Positions 22,501-37,400 of a DNA stretch of 64,000 nucleotides are shown here, piece after piece. This stretch comes from Balanoglossus misakiensis (Eukaryota; Animalia; Hemichordata), in the NCBI GenBank assembly GCA_040954595.2, contig CM082577.2:18760303-18824302 (forward strand), written 5' to 3'. The first letter of the stretch is position 1. The number at the start of each line of letters is the position of its first letter. Position numbers and translations under genes: made by a program. The notes under the pieces were generated by a model. The model worked only from the letters and a program-made list of their open reading frames with translations. It was not told the origin of the DNA and made no database searches.

Positions 22501-25500
22501 AAGCGTCTGTGGTATGACGCCAGCCCCAAGAAGCTTCTTACTTCTGTGACTGTCTCAGGAATCGGCCAGTCTCTAATAGCCTTGACCTTTCCTGGATCAG
22601 TAGCAACCCCTTCCCGAGAAACACGATGCCCCAAAAACTCAACACTGCGTGCAAAAAGCACACACTAACTCGGCTTTAATTTGAGATTTGAATTACGAAG
22701 ACGTTCAAATACCTTGCACAACCTTTCCAACTCTTCATCAAATGATCTGCCAAATATTATGATGTCATCTAGATACAAAAGCAGTATTTCCCACTGCATA
22801 CCGGTAAAGACGCGCTCCATCAGACGTTCAAACGTACTAGGGGCATTACACAACCCAAACAGGAGCACCCTCCACTGATAGAGTCCACTCCGCGTGACAA
22901 ATGCGGTCTTTTCTTTAGATCCCTCGTCCAGTTCTACCTGCCAATACCCTGCTTGGAGGTCTAGCGTAAAAAACCATTCCGACCCGTACAACGCATCTAA
23001 AGAATCGTTTATTCGTGGTATAGGGTAGGCAGCTTTAATTGACACAGCGTTCAATTTTCTATAATCAACGCACAATCTTTGTGACCCATCTTTCTTACTA
23101 ACAAGTACACACGGGGCTGCCCATGGACTAGTTGATTCTTCTATCAAACCCCGCTGTAACAAGTCAGAAACCTGTCGTTCTATTTCTTCCCGTTTCCATA
23201 CCGGAGTTCGATATGCGGGTTGCCTTACTGGCGTGGCATTATTGGTTTCAATTGTATGTCGAATGATCCCAGTTTTACCAATATCATGATCTCCCTGACT
23301 AAACACATCATGGTACAGTGTCAACATCTTTGAAACCCTTTCTTGTTGGTAAACTGATCAATTTTTGCAACTTCTTGTGTATAAATCCACTACATGACCT
23401 GGAAGAGGAACATTGCTCCCAGGGCAGGCTTTTGCCTTTTCAGTGCCAGAGGGCGCTCTATCACTGTCATTACCCCAAGATTCAACTGCACACTGATCGG
23501 TTCGGAGTAATCTCACAACAGTACCAGCCCTCACATGTACAGGTTCAACACTAGCATTGAGAACTCTAACTGGTAAATGGGTAGATCTCGTGGTCACTAA
23601 AGCTTTACATGTCATAATGCCTTGCTCCAGCAATTTACCCCCTTGTACTGGTAACACAACCGCTGTAAGACAAGTATCCGGGGAAGACTTATCTGTTCTC
23701 CCCACCCAGGTTGAATGAATTCTCATTCCCTGTGCACACCCACTTCCAACCTTTGCTGGTCCCGCAAACCAAGGTTCACTGGCGATGGGAGTCCTACACA
23801 TTTTAGCCGGAATAATCATTTCATGTCCAGGGGGAACAAAAACATCTCCCGCTACCTTTACACGACAAATGAACGGTTTCATTGTACCAGTGTTACTACA
23901 TTTCAACCGTTCCCCTTTAATGACTAGCTCCCCTGTCCCTGTATCAATAATACACCCAATTGAATGTAGAAAGCTCATACCAATAATGCCATCAGAGCAT
24001 AGTTCAGCTACTAATACCGGAGAGATAGCCCTAGCCCCACCCAAGCAGATATCTAGGTTAACAACTCCACTAACCATAAGTGGTGTACCATCAGCTTGGT
24101 TCACCTTTACATTTATTGGTTGCAATGCACCGTGAACTCCCACTGAAATTTTCCTATACATTTCTTCGGATATCACCATATCAGTTGCTCCCGTATCAAC
24201 CAGAAAATTCCCCGATACACCACCGGCAGAGGCCTGTATGTACATACTTCTGACACTTGTATTGTTATTAGCCGGTTGAATTTCCCTAATATTTCCAGTA
24301 GTCTGCACACACTGATCAACTGCCTCCCCTTTGGGTCCATACTGGTTGGCTGAGGGTTGACCCGACTTCCGCTCAGCCCCTAATCGTTTCCCGAAACCTT
24401 GGGTCGGGTGGGACAGTCCCGCTTCAGATGCCCTGATTCATTACAGTGCCAACACAAACGGCCACCAGAGGGCGCACCACTCTGAGCTTGTCCAGATGGG
24501 TTTTTTATACTAGTGTTGACAACACGGGCCTTAACCTTTTGGTCAAGTTCAGCTAATTTGTCGGTGATCAAATCAACTTTGTTTGCTATCACCCCTATCA
24601 CTGACTCCAGAGTCTGAGCCATTTTTGCGTCACCCGCTTCAATACCTCTCACTTGTTTACCCAACCCTTTATTGGTTTCAGGGCCACGGCTTTTCTCTAA
24701 TAACTGAAAATTCTCTTCCCAAACTGTAGCCTGTATAACGTCGTCAAGTGTGGCACTGGGGGTCCTACCCGCTTCATTAACACGCCTACGCATAGCAGAA
24801 TCAGTCAATGAATTGAAAAATGCGTCTATACCGGTACATAGCCGTTCGAATAGGTGACCTTTGGCATCAGGGTACCCAAGTGTTACCATTTCCCTGATAT
24901 CCTGTCCAAGCCCACTTAGAGACTCGCTGGGCTGGAGTACTCTTTGTCTTAATTTTAAACGATAGGTGTCTTCCTGTCCCCCAAAACCAAATCTATGATC
25001 TAGTAGTTTGCACAGTTACTGGTATGTCAATGACTTTCTGTCAATTGATGTTAACAGCCGCTGGGCTGCCCCATACAACATGGCTTGGAGATACTTCAAC
25101 TTTTCAACCTCTCTCCATTCATTTATTTCCGCATAAATTTCAAAGTGTGCGAAATAATCATGCCATGCAAGCGATCCATCATACTTATCAGGCTTAAGTA
25201 TGGACCCGTGTTTACGTGTACATGATTTGCTATAGATCCTTCACTACGCACGGCGATATACCGCAGTGCAAAATCGGTCAGTCAATAGTTAAATCACTTC
25301 ACTGGAGAACACACAATTTCCACCCTCCTGAACCAAATACCTAGAAAACCCTAGCTAAACCTTGGAATCGAATTTCCTAACAGACTATTGTTGTTTCCCG
25401 TTCCGGCAGATAATTGTTTTGCTACCGTGTAGAGCGGGTAGATGAATCCACCCACATAAGGAGTATGCCCCCGGCCCTACGCGTTTTGTGCAACATGCCG

Positions 25501-26058
25501 GATCGAACAACAACGACGTCTACCCAGTATGCAAGATGGCTACAATATGGCGCCAAAACGCATACACTCGCCTACACTAACAGAGTTACTTACAGTACAA
25601 CTATCCCAACTGCTGCACACCAATGTTGTAGTTTTCTCAGCGTAGCTAGATTTCTCGTCGTGGACCCGGTAATGGTAGCGTCGCCCACGATGAAATCCTC
25701 CCGTACACTTCAACTGGACTACCAACCACCTCGACAGGGTCGGATCGCCTGGAATAGTTGTCAGTGAACACCCTCTCACATGTACATTGACTCAGCGCAA
25801 CACCAGCCGGAATGGTTAACAAGAACAACGGATTTATGTGTATTTCGACTGTGTTACAAACTTTCACGTCTGCCCAGTTCGGAGGTGGAAACCCAAGAGA
25901 GCGAGAATGAGGTGTATCCCCAGCAAAAGTAGCCCGCCCCAACTATTACCCAATCAGCACGAATGTGAAGTTCACGTGATATAGTCCGGCCAATCACAGT
26001 TCCAGCCTGCTTCCTGATAGGCTCAAGCAGCGGTAACTTTGCAAGGTTTTCCATGACA
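19600..26058 (-). mobile_element. Gypsy A copy 2 (B-type; truncated 3' LTR, complete 5' LTR 25624-26058, frameshifted integrase)
   Basis: Integrase remnants (GHLGMTKT, VAIDVLGP, HSDRGRNF, YEGPY) are spread over several frames at 19984-21653. RT has a stop after KPS, protease is at 23358-24308 and gag has a stop. Confidence 0.93.
25603..25622 (-). promoter_or_regulatory. Degenerate primer-binding site of Gypsy A, probably tRNA-Leu
   Basis: Plus strand atcccaactgctgcacacca resembles the tRNA-Leu 3' end ATCCCACCGCTGCCACCA and lies next to the 5' LTR. Confidence 0.55.
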
Positions 26059-26277
26059 TTATTGTGATATATAGGTGAGAAATATATTGGAAAATGTCTT
26101 CATAACAAAAATATGTCATGAAATTATTGACTAGCAAGAACCATGTGTATATGTATGGCCAAGGGGAAATTTTTAACTTCTAGTTCTGAACATTAACGTT
26201 ATTGCTCAGGCTACTGTAACCACATTCAAATAATACATACAATTTTCTGTTGCACCAGTGCTTTGACCTTACAGTAA

Positions 26278-28251
26278 TTCTACCTCACGATGACGTCAGT
26301 CAGGGATCCCGTGAGATTGCACAAATCTCCCATGATTCAGTGCGCATTCTACCCTTTTCAGTCTAGGCGTACTTTATCGGGGGTCCCCAAAAATTTGGGA
26401 TTTCGCCGGAATTATTTACACTTTAAGTGAACCAACTTCACGAGTGTGAAGATCGAAAATATTCAATCATTATACCTCAAAGAAATCTGTGAAAATTTCA
26501 CACATAAAGCCGAAAACGGCAAAACAGACGGCATGGCGAAGACCGCCAACAGTGCGAATGAACTGTCTGCACTCGAGTTGGACGCTGACGCTGCTGTGAG
26601 ACCCTTATCAAGAGACTCCTCTCGTGCTATGACCAGAACCAATACTGTAGCTGGCAAAAGTAGGAAATCCGATAAGCCAACACAAGTTTCACGTGCAGAT
26701 CGCAGACAAGAGATGATTAATATTACGTCCACTCGCAAGAACTCGAACTCTGAGGATCAAACAAATATGGCGCCTGTTCCATACAGCGCTGATTAATGGT
26801 GACGTCATCGTCCCCGTCCAGACACAGAAGCCCGCGCCGGGGTTGCTGGACGGTACTGATAGAAATCACGTACCGATGGTTGCGGACATTCCGCTAACAA
26901 CAGTGACGACGTCAAACGAAAATGCAAACCACGATTTGACTACAATTTTAGGTCACTTTTCGGCTATGCAACAACAATCCATGCAAGCCTTTGCACAGGT
27001 CATGTCCGATACTATGCACAAGACATTAGCCGAAGCCCTAACAGATGGCAATCGCAAACGTCCCGCTGGGCCAGGGAATGAAAATCATGACAGAAACATT
27101 GGAGGTAAGAGACCAAAAATTCCAATCAGCGGAGATGAACACGAGATTCAAAGACTTTCAGTTTTGGCAAATGAATATGATGGGACTAATCACGAAGTGG
27201 AAAGCGTATCGGCCCATTCAAACGCTGAGGAAGATATCGATACAATAGTATCAAACATGATCGAATCGGAAATTCAGCAGACAACACAGTTGCAACAGGA
27301 TGTAACTGCTGATACAGGGGATGAAACCGACAACGAAAGTGCATCGGTTGGGCTGGGACAAGCCTCAGATAACTGGCTCAGTGACCTTGCCCAAGAACTT
27401 GATTTGGAGGACAACAAATTTGGGCCTCCAGTTGTAACAAAATTGGCTGAAATAGCCAACAAAATGATGACGACACCCCTGGGGAAAGATTGCTTGAAGG
27501 AGAAATTTAAGCAATACTATGCGCCTGAGAATTGTGACAAAGTCGTGGTGGCCAAAGTCAACAAAGAAATCTGGTACAAAGTAAAACCAGAAACAAGGTC
27601 TCGTGACATTAAGTTACAGGCTGTGCAAAAGTGCATGATCAAAGCCATGATACCAGTATTGCAAATAACTGATGGTTTACTTCACGCCAAGAAATCAGTT
27701 ACAAAGGTCGATGTTTCCAAAACTGTGAAGCAGCTCACAGATTCCCTTGCCTTCTTGGGTCAAGGATGTTGGGAGATAAACCAAAGACGTAGAGCCATGA
27801 TAAGGCCTGACCTTAATCGCCAATATCAGCAACTCTGCTCCAAACAAGTACCACTGACAACATTCCTCTTCGGAGATGATCTTGCAAAGCAAGTGAATGA
27901 CATCAAAACCACCAACCGGGTTAGCTCCAAGTTGTCAGGCAACCACAAATATAAAACTGTACAAGGCTATGGTCGTGGTGGCGGTTTCCGGGGCAACTAC
28001 CAAAATGCAAGAGGAAAAAACTCTTACCCCTTCCGCAGAAAGCAGCAACATCATAATGCTCCCTTGTGGAAGAAAGGGACAGAGGGCCAAAAGTAGTGGA
28101 CATGCCCCAGGTTAGTGATGAAGGTGAGCACAAATACACAGAAAACGTGCCAGTCAAGCCATTTGAGGCAGGTGCACTGAGACAATATGTAAATAAATTT
28201 TGACCATGGTACAAGGTTGCGAAATTGAATTTGTGAAATCACCATGGCAAA
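26278..28251 (+). pseudogene. DIRS1-like fragment copy 2, ORF1 broken by a 2-bp deletion
   Basis: gatgctaac becomes gattaat near 26793, splitting the ORF into 26446-26796 and 26843-28096. Confidence 0.78.
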
Positions 28252-29831
28252 CCCAAGAGAGCGAGAATGAGGTGTATCCCCAGCAAAAGTAGCCCGCCCC
28301 AACTATTACCCAATCAGCACGAATGTGAAGTTCACGTGATATAGTCCGGCCAATCACAGTTCCAGCCTACTTCCTGATAGGCTCAAGCAGCGGTAACTTT
28401 GCAAGGTTTTCCATGACATTATTGTGATATATAGGTGAGAAATATATTGGAAAATGTCTTCATTACAAAAATATGTCATGAAATTATTGACTAGCAAGAA
28501 CCATGTGTATATGTATGGCCAAGGGGAAATTTTTAACTTCTAGTTCTGAACATTAACGTTATTGCGCAGGCTACTGTAACCACATTCAAATAATACATAC
28601 AATTTTCTGTTGCACCAGTGCTTTGACCTTACAGTAATTAATTACTACTACACAGGTCAGGAACACTGAGAAGGCGGCCTTAAATTATGCATTTACATTT
28701 GAGGAATTTTTTGCCCATTTGTTATGATGTAACTTTCAATATTTCTTGTTGTAGTATGAAATTTTCAATGTCAAAAAGTGATCAGACAACACCTGTAGCT
28801 AAATATCTATTTGGTATTGGTACATTTCGGATATATCTAAATTGTACCAATTTTAGTCTAGAAATATGTATACCTTAGGTAGCTTTTGTTTTCAAACAAA
28901 TGGTTCATAAGGTATACCATATTTATGGTTAATTTGGTATACCTATTTATGGCAAAACGACAAAATCCAAGATTTTTTTTCCAACCGAATGAGGCATTTC
29001 AGGAATACCTAAATAGTACCTTTTCAATCGAAAAAGTATATATTTGGTATACTAATTAGTTAATTTAAAGACCAAATATGGACTACCTAAGATAGCCCTT
29101 TTTTAAAACAATAGGTACATTTTAAGTATACCTAAATAGTACCTATTTAGTCCGGGAAAGTATACCTTAGGTATATTTCTAGTGTACTAGAATTTCGTAA
29201 GGGTGTTCCTGCACACCACCCTATTGCTGCACAGTTCCTGCACAGGCTACCCTATTGCTGCACAGTTCCTGCACACAGGCCATCTTACTACTGCACAGTT
29301 CTTGCAGACTGTCCTATTCCTGCACAGTTACCGCTTGCCTTGTTCCTGCACTAGTGCAGCAACACCTCATTTGCATGCGAAAAGTCGCCTTGCAGCAGAG
29401 CTGCAGCAACTTTCTATTGCACCGGTGCTGCAACCTTGTGGTATTGCTACTGCACCAGTGCAGCAACACTGTGCAGGAGGCCTTAAATTTTCATAAGGGC
29501 TATAGGTATGCACATAATTAATGATGTTTGAATATGGTACTAGAAATGTACAGTACACTGATACACTGATCAGCTGACCTTTTGTTTACGCATACGCCAT
29601 TGCTCCGTTCTCGATCTGTCCCAGAGTCTGAATTTTTCGCACCTATAGATTTTAAAGATTTTTGAAGTCTGCAAATTCACTGGCATTGACAAAACTATAA
29701 CATAATAAGTATAATGTACGCCCCATAATGTACTTGGCATTCGCCTCGCACATTAGGTTGCACAATGTGTGCTTTCGTCCATTATGGGTCTTCGGGGCGT
29801 ACATTATTCTCTAACCAATGATCATTGCTCA

Positions 29832-30304
<473 letters not shown>

Positions 30305-30466
30305 CTGTTGAGGGTAAAGTAGAGAACACAAGTGATTTGGCTTACAGACTGACCAACACAGACGTGGACAAGGGTGTTATGTCCATGAAAATCTACCTAA
30401 ATATGTACATTCGCAATGGCAGAATTCATGAATGTTCCTGCAAACATCTTCAAAGAGCTCCATTAA

Positions 30467-31099
30467 CCCTTTGAACATCGCTCGGAGGTTTACCGCCGCA
30501 GGATGACCTTTTGACCCATAATTTTTCAATATGCTGACGTCAAGGCATTTTCCCGCCGACATTGTAAATCCAGCCATATGAAAGCAAGTTAAAAAGCTAG
30601 GGGACCCTAATGTGACCTTCCAAATGACTTGAAATTGATTCCTATGCGAGCGACTACATAAAAAATAGTGATATCCAAGCAGCGATTTTTAGCGAAAGTT
30701 GACAGAGATTTAAAAATGGCGACCCGACGATAGTTACGCATTGATCCATTGCAAGATGAGGATGCTTTCTGGGCTCATTTTGACCGAGTACTAGTAGATA
30801 GTAGCTCAGAAAGTGAAGATGAAGAACAAGACCAGCCTGACATCGTTATGGACCAAGATGGTGACCCCAACCGCGCGAACGATGAAGAAGAATTTGAGCC
30901 AGAGCCCGCGATCCAGCCACCCCCACCAGTTCGGCAACGAGTGAGAAGACTGCCCCGAGCCCGCGAAGTAAACCCACCACCTATGATATGGCAGGGCATC
31001 ATAATAAACGGTAGGCAGGCTCCTATTTATAATCAACGACGTGGACCGACAAGACAAATGCCAACTGACAGTACACCATTAGATTATTTTCGGACATAA
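30467..31099 (+). mobile_element. piggyBac-like 5' fragment (unit 2)
   Basis: Copy of 15061-15693. Confidence 0.7.
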
Positions 31100-32648
31100 A
31101 GTCATCGTCATCGTCGTGTCGTGTCACAATCATTATTTTGGACATATGCTTACTGTGTGATGAAAGGTGAGAGCGCAGTCAAAAGGTCGGGCTGAATAAT
31201 ACAGAGACTCTGAAAATATTGTACCTTATTCTTATCAAACATGTTGATGGATATTTTGACAATTGTGACATGTGAACATTTACAAAAAAATGAAATAAAT
31301 TTGCTTCAAACTCATTGGCAAAACAAGGACATGGAGTTGTTGTATATTTGTTATTATTGAGATATATAGGTGAGCAATATATTGGAAAATATCTTCATTA
31401 CAAAAATATGTCGTGAAATTATTGACTAGCAAGAACCATGTGTATATGTATGGCCAAGGAGAAATTTTTAACTTCTAGTTCTGAACATTAACGTTATTGC
31501 GCAGGCTACTGTAACCACATTCAAATAATACACACAATTTTCTGTTGCACCAGTGCTTTGACCTTACAGTAATTAATTATTACTACACAGGTCAGGAACA
31601 CTGAGAAGGCGGTCTTAAATTATGCATTTGGTATTGGTACATTTCGGATATATCTAAATTGTACCAATTTTAGTCTAGAAATATGTATACCTTAGGTAGC
31701 TTTTGTTTTCAAACAAATGGTTCATTAGGTATACCTAAATTATGGTTCATTGGGTATACCTATTTATGGCAAAACGACCAAATCCAAGATTTTTTTTAAA
31801 CCGAAAGAGGCATTTCAGGAATACCTAAATAGTACCTTTTCAATCGAAAAAGTAAACTTTTGGTATACCAATTAGTAAATTTAAAGACCAAATCTGGACT
31901 ACCTAAGGTAGCCCTTTTTTAAAGCAATACGTACATTTTAAGTATACCTAAATAGTACCTATTTAGTCCGGGAAAGTATACCTTAGGTATATTTCTAGTG
32001 TACCAGAATTTCGTAAGGGTGTTCCTGCACACCACCCTATTGCTGCACAGTTCCTGCACAGGCCACCCTATTGCTGCACAGTTCCTGCACACAGGCCATC
32101 TTACTACTGCACAGTTCTTGCAGACTGTCCTATTCCTGCACAGTTACCGCTTGCCTTGTTCCTGCACTAGTGCAGCAACACCTCATTTGCATGCGAAAAA
32201 GTCGCCTTGCAGCAGAGCTGCAGCAACTTTCTATTGCAACGGTGCTGCAACCTTGTGGTATTGCTACTGCACCAGTGCAGCAACACTGTGCAGGAGGCCT
32301 TAAATTTTCATAAGGGCTATAGGTATGCACATAATTAACGATGTTTGAATATGATACTAGAAATGTACAGTACACTGATACACTGATCAGCTGACCTTTT
32401 GTTTACGCATACGCCATTGCTCCGTTCTCGATCTGTCTCAGAGTCTGAATTTTTCGCACCTATAGATTATAAAGATTTTTGAAGTCTGCAAATTCACTGG
32501 CATTGACAAAACTATAACATAATAAGTATAATGTACGCCCCATAATGTACTCGGCATTCGCCTCGCACATTATGTTGCACAATGTGTGCTTTCGTCCATT
32601 ATGGGTCTTCGGGGCATACATTATTCTCTAACCAATGATCATTGCTCA

Positions 32649-33127
<479 letters not shown>

Positions 33128-33790
33128 CTGTTGAGGGTAAAGTAGAGAACACAAGTGATTTGGCTTACAGACTGACCAACACAGACGTGGACAAGGGTGT
33201 TATGTCCATGAAAATCTACCTAAATATGTACATTCGCAATGTCAGAATTCATGAATGTTCCTGCAAACATCTTCAAAGAGCTACCTTGACTACCCAGTGA
33301 CATTAAAGAGGAACGACACCCACAATTTTGGGCTTCAAAGTACAAACCGGGTGTCAAAAACGGCAACGTTCCGATGGGTTAATTCACTTTCACTTCCTGC
33401 GCAAGCAGAAGACGCGAGTTGAAAATACTACAGTGACGTCAGCAACTTGCGTAGCAGTCAACGCGTAGCACTCTTACACATTCGACGTGTCATTTCCAAT
33501 AAACAGACACATTTTGCGCGGATCTGACATGGCGAAATGTCAAGTTCATGATTTTAAAAACATATTCGGAAAATCGACGGGGATAAGTTTCTTTCAAAGG
33601 CAATGCTCTACGTGTATTGTATTTGTCAATGCGTGCAGACATAGACCCTGCAATGTCCACGATGCCATGCATGTCGACGTTTATGAACAAACCGTAAGGC
33701 CTATACAAAGTTGTTCTAACTGCCGCTGATAATAATAAACGTACCGTTTTAAATCTTTCCTGCACGTTTTTTGGTACACGTATTTGGGTT

Positions 33791-34432
33791 TGTCACGGTT
33801 GTCGCCGTTCATTCCAACATATTCACACCAAACAGGTTAAGGTTAACAAAGACATAGGCCTTACATTTAATAACTGAAATGGAACAAATACATGTCAGTT
33901 CCAACGTGTGTGGCCGGTCTGGCTACAGAGGTGAACTGCTAAATTACACACATGTATGGGAGTTCACCTCCAACAGAATACACCAAAATTCATGCAAGTG
34001 AAAAATATAGACATACAATTGGAAAATTGACGCAAGTTAAAGACACCAATTACTTGTGCTGAAATGAGTCGGTAGAATGCACCAAAATACAAAGCTTCAA
34101 GCAACAGGTAAGGTACAAGGAAACTAACCTGAAATGGAACAAATACATGTCAGTTCCAACGTGTGTGGCCGGTCTGGCTACAGAGGTGAACTGACCAATT
34201 TTATGCACCATGTCCTTTTATATCAGCAATTACATCATAGTGCCAGATTAGCTTGTGTTCATTGGTCAAATGAAACTTCCAGGTGGTTTGCATATAATTA
34301 AGATCAACCAATTGAAGGTAAGTACTATTACGTCATATGAATAATTGAATAACTAATTACTATAAGATACAGGTATAACATACATACAGATATACATGTA
34401 TACAAATTCAATGGATCAACAAGGCCGTTACA
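33791..34432 (-). repeat. 3' LTR of Gypsy B
   Basis: Matches 41220-41861 except A33840 versus C41269 on visual comparison. Preceded on the minus strand by gcaggggtgtg (polypurine-tract-like). Confidence 0.97.
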
Positions 34433-34491
34433 CACACCCCTGCGAGGAGAAATGGCGTCCTCGTCATTTAAAGTAAGTTAAAGATATTTGA

Positions 34492-37400
34492 TTAATAGTG
34501 GCAATTAATAAATGGTATAGAAGATAAAGTCGTATGAGCAAACTGTTTTAGATTCCATTGTTCGGGACTATATCTATCTGGAGGTCGTCTCTGTCGTGTA
34601 GGATAGCGTGGTTCAGGTTGAGTACTACTACTGGAGTCAGGACTGATGTTGGTTGTAGCAGGAGTGATACCATCTGGATCGCTCGATGACCAACCATCCG
34701 TACTTTGCAAAATATGATTCGAGAAATCTGAGGTAAGTACTTGAGAAGGTCCATCCGGATTAACCATACTTGTGGGGTTGTCCATCAGGGAACTTTCTCT
34801 TCTGGATGGGATGAATTCTGCAGCAGTAGGATTAAGAGCATTGTGTTCTGTTGGCAAGTTGATAGTTGACACGAATTGCAATTTACCAATGCCGTCATCC
34901 TCTTCGTCCACTGCATCCTGGGTAGCATTGTTGATAACACCCGGTACACTCTGCTTAACATCACGCTGCGTCATCTTGGTGTTAACATCGTCATCCAGTT
35001 CGTCCGGAATTATTGGTATTGGGAGTAGCAAATTTCTATGTAGTGTCCGCTTCCTTCCACCCTTAACTTGTTTTTGTACCACGTATACTGGAATGTCTTC
35101 TATGGGCTGTGAAATCACTGTATATGGATCCTTTTCCCATTGGTCTGCCAATTTGTAATTGTCTTTAGGTCCTGTATTCTTCACCAACACAGTATCACCA
35201 GGTTGTATTATGGCCACCTTCACTTTTCTATCATATGACTTCTTCTGCCGTTCACCAGACTTAACAGACCGTTCCGTTGCTACTTTATAGGCGTAATCCA
35301 ACCGTTCGGCAAGTTTCGTCACATAATCTGAAACTGTTCCACCATATTCTAGGTTGGTCTGGTCTGCATGTCCAGATACATCTATAGGCAGTCTTGGTTC
35401 ACGACCAAACATCAAAAAGAAAGGTGAATATCCGGTGCTTTCATGCTTTGTAGAATTATAGGCATGAACCATCGTATTGACATGTGAAGCCCATCTTGTT
35501 TTGTTGTCTTCATTCATAGTTCCAAGCATCTGTAATAACGTCTTATTAAATCGTTCGCACATTCCATTTCCCTGGGGGTGGTATGGAGTGGTCCTGGACT
35601 TCTTAATATTTGCTATTCGGCAAAGTTCCTGAATTGTAGACGACTCAAAGTTTCGCCCCTGGTCACTGTGTAATCGTCCTGGGAACCCATAATGCAAAAT
35701 CAAATGTTCAAACAATGCTTTGGCAGTTGTTTTGGCAGACTGGTTCTTTGTAGGTACTGCTATAGCGTATCGAGTGAAATGGTCCGTCATCACTAATATG
35801 TTGCTATATCCTTGATCTGGTGTTGGTATATGGAGAAAGTCGATGCACACCATTTCCATCGGTTGTGATGTGTGAATATTAACCAAGGGAGTTCTAGGTA
35901 AGGAAGTTGAACTTTTCCTGCGAATGCATGGTAAACAATGTTCCACTTTCTTTTGAACATCCATCGACATCCTAGGCCAGTAGAATCTTCGTCGTACCAG
36001 ATCCAGGGTTTTATCTTGGCCAAAGTGTCCAAGTTTATCATGTAGTTCCTCCAGGACATCTTTTCTATGGTGTACTGGTAAGACAAGTTGCAAATATTGT
36101 ATATCATCGATGAAGCATTTCCTGTATAGGACTCCATTCTTCAGAACAAGGCGTTTCCAATCTCGTATAAGTAGTCTGATATCTCCTGTATGATCTCTCA
36201 TAAGTGGTTTGTGGTCCTTTTCAAGCTGATCAGTCACATACCGTATTGTTGAATCTTTGGACTGCTCCGTCTTCCAGAACACATCATCCCCACCTTGAAC
36301 TACTGCAGGTCTGTCCTCATCTGCTACCATTCCGAATGAAGTTACGTATGGACCTTCTGTTGCTCGACAAAGCGCCTGGACTACATCGGCTCCCAGATTG
36401 GTTTCCGTCTCTGGATTCTCTCTATTCCATGGAATCCTAGACAAAGCGTCAGCCTCTATATTCTTCTTACCACTCCGGTAAACAATAGAGAAGTCGTACA
36501 ATGACAAGTCTGACAACCATCTGTGTCCCACCGCATCCAGTTTCGCAGAAGTTAACACATACGTCAAAGGGTTGTTGTCTGTAAACACAGTGAATTTGCT
36601 TCCATACAGGTAGTCGTTGAACTTCTTGGTGACGGCCCATTTCAGTGCCAAAAATTCTAATTTATGAGCTGGATAATTACTTTCAGACTTGGTGAGTCCT
36701 CTACTTGCATAGGCAATTACTCTGAGAATACCTTTCTGGCGTTGATACAGCACTGCTCCCAGACCTGTGGAACTTGCATCAGTATGTATTTCAAATGGAA
36801 GTGAGTAGTCAGCAAAGGCTAGTATTGGTGACGACATTAGGCTCTTCCTCAGAGTGTCGAAAGCTTGTTGTTCCTGTTGTCCCCACTGGAGTTTTTCAAA
36901 TTTTCCCGCCTTATTCCTTGACTGACGTCCACACAGCAAGTCGTTAAGTGGCTTGGCAATATTACTGTAGCTTTGGATAAATCTCCTGTAATACCCTGCA
37001 AATCCAAGAAATCTTCTCAGTTCTGTTACAGTAGTGGGTATTGGCCATTCCTTCAGAGCTGCTACCTTGTCTGGGTCCGTTGTAATTCCGTCGGCTGATA
37101 CCACGTGTCCAAGATATTTCACCTTCTTCTGGAATAAAACACATTTCGTTGCCTTCAACTTTAATCCATGTGATGCCAGCCGCTGGAATACCCGCTCCAA
37201 TCTATTGAGGTGGTCTTCAAAAGTCTTCGAAAATACTATGATGTCATCTAAATACACACAACATTCTCTGAACGCCAATTCTCCAAAACACTTCTCCATG
37301 AGACGCTGGAAAGTTGCAGGTGCGTTGGTCAGACCCATAGACATACGGTTGAATTCAAATAAGCCGAAGTTTCCCACCGTGAAAGCTGTCTTCGCTTTGT

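Noticed and set aside
33874-33970. Hammerhead or other ribozyme in LTR B
   Set aside because: I saw no correctly placed CUGANGA/GAAA core on either strand; kept only as a generic structured repeat.
34433-34491. env gene in Gypsy B
   Set aside because: Only ~60 bp separate the pol stop from the 3' LTR.
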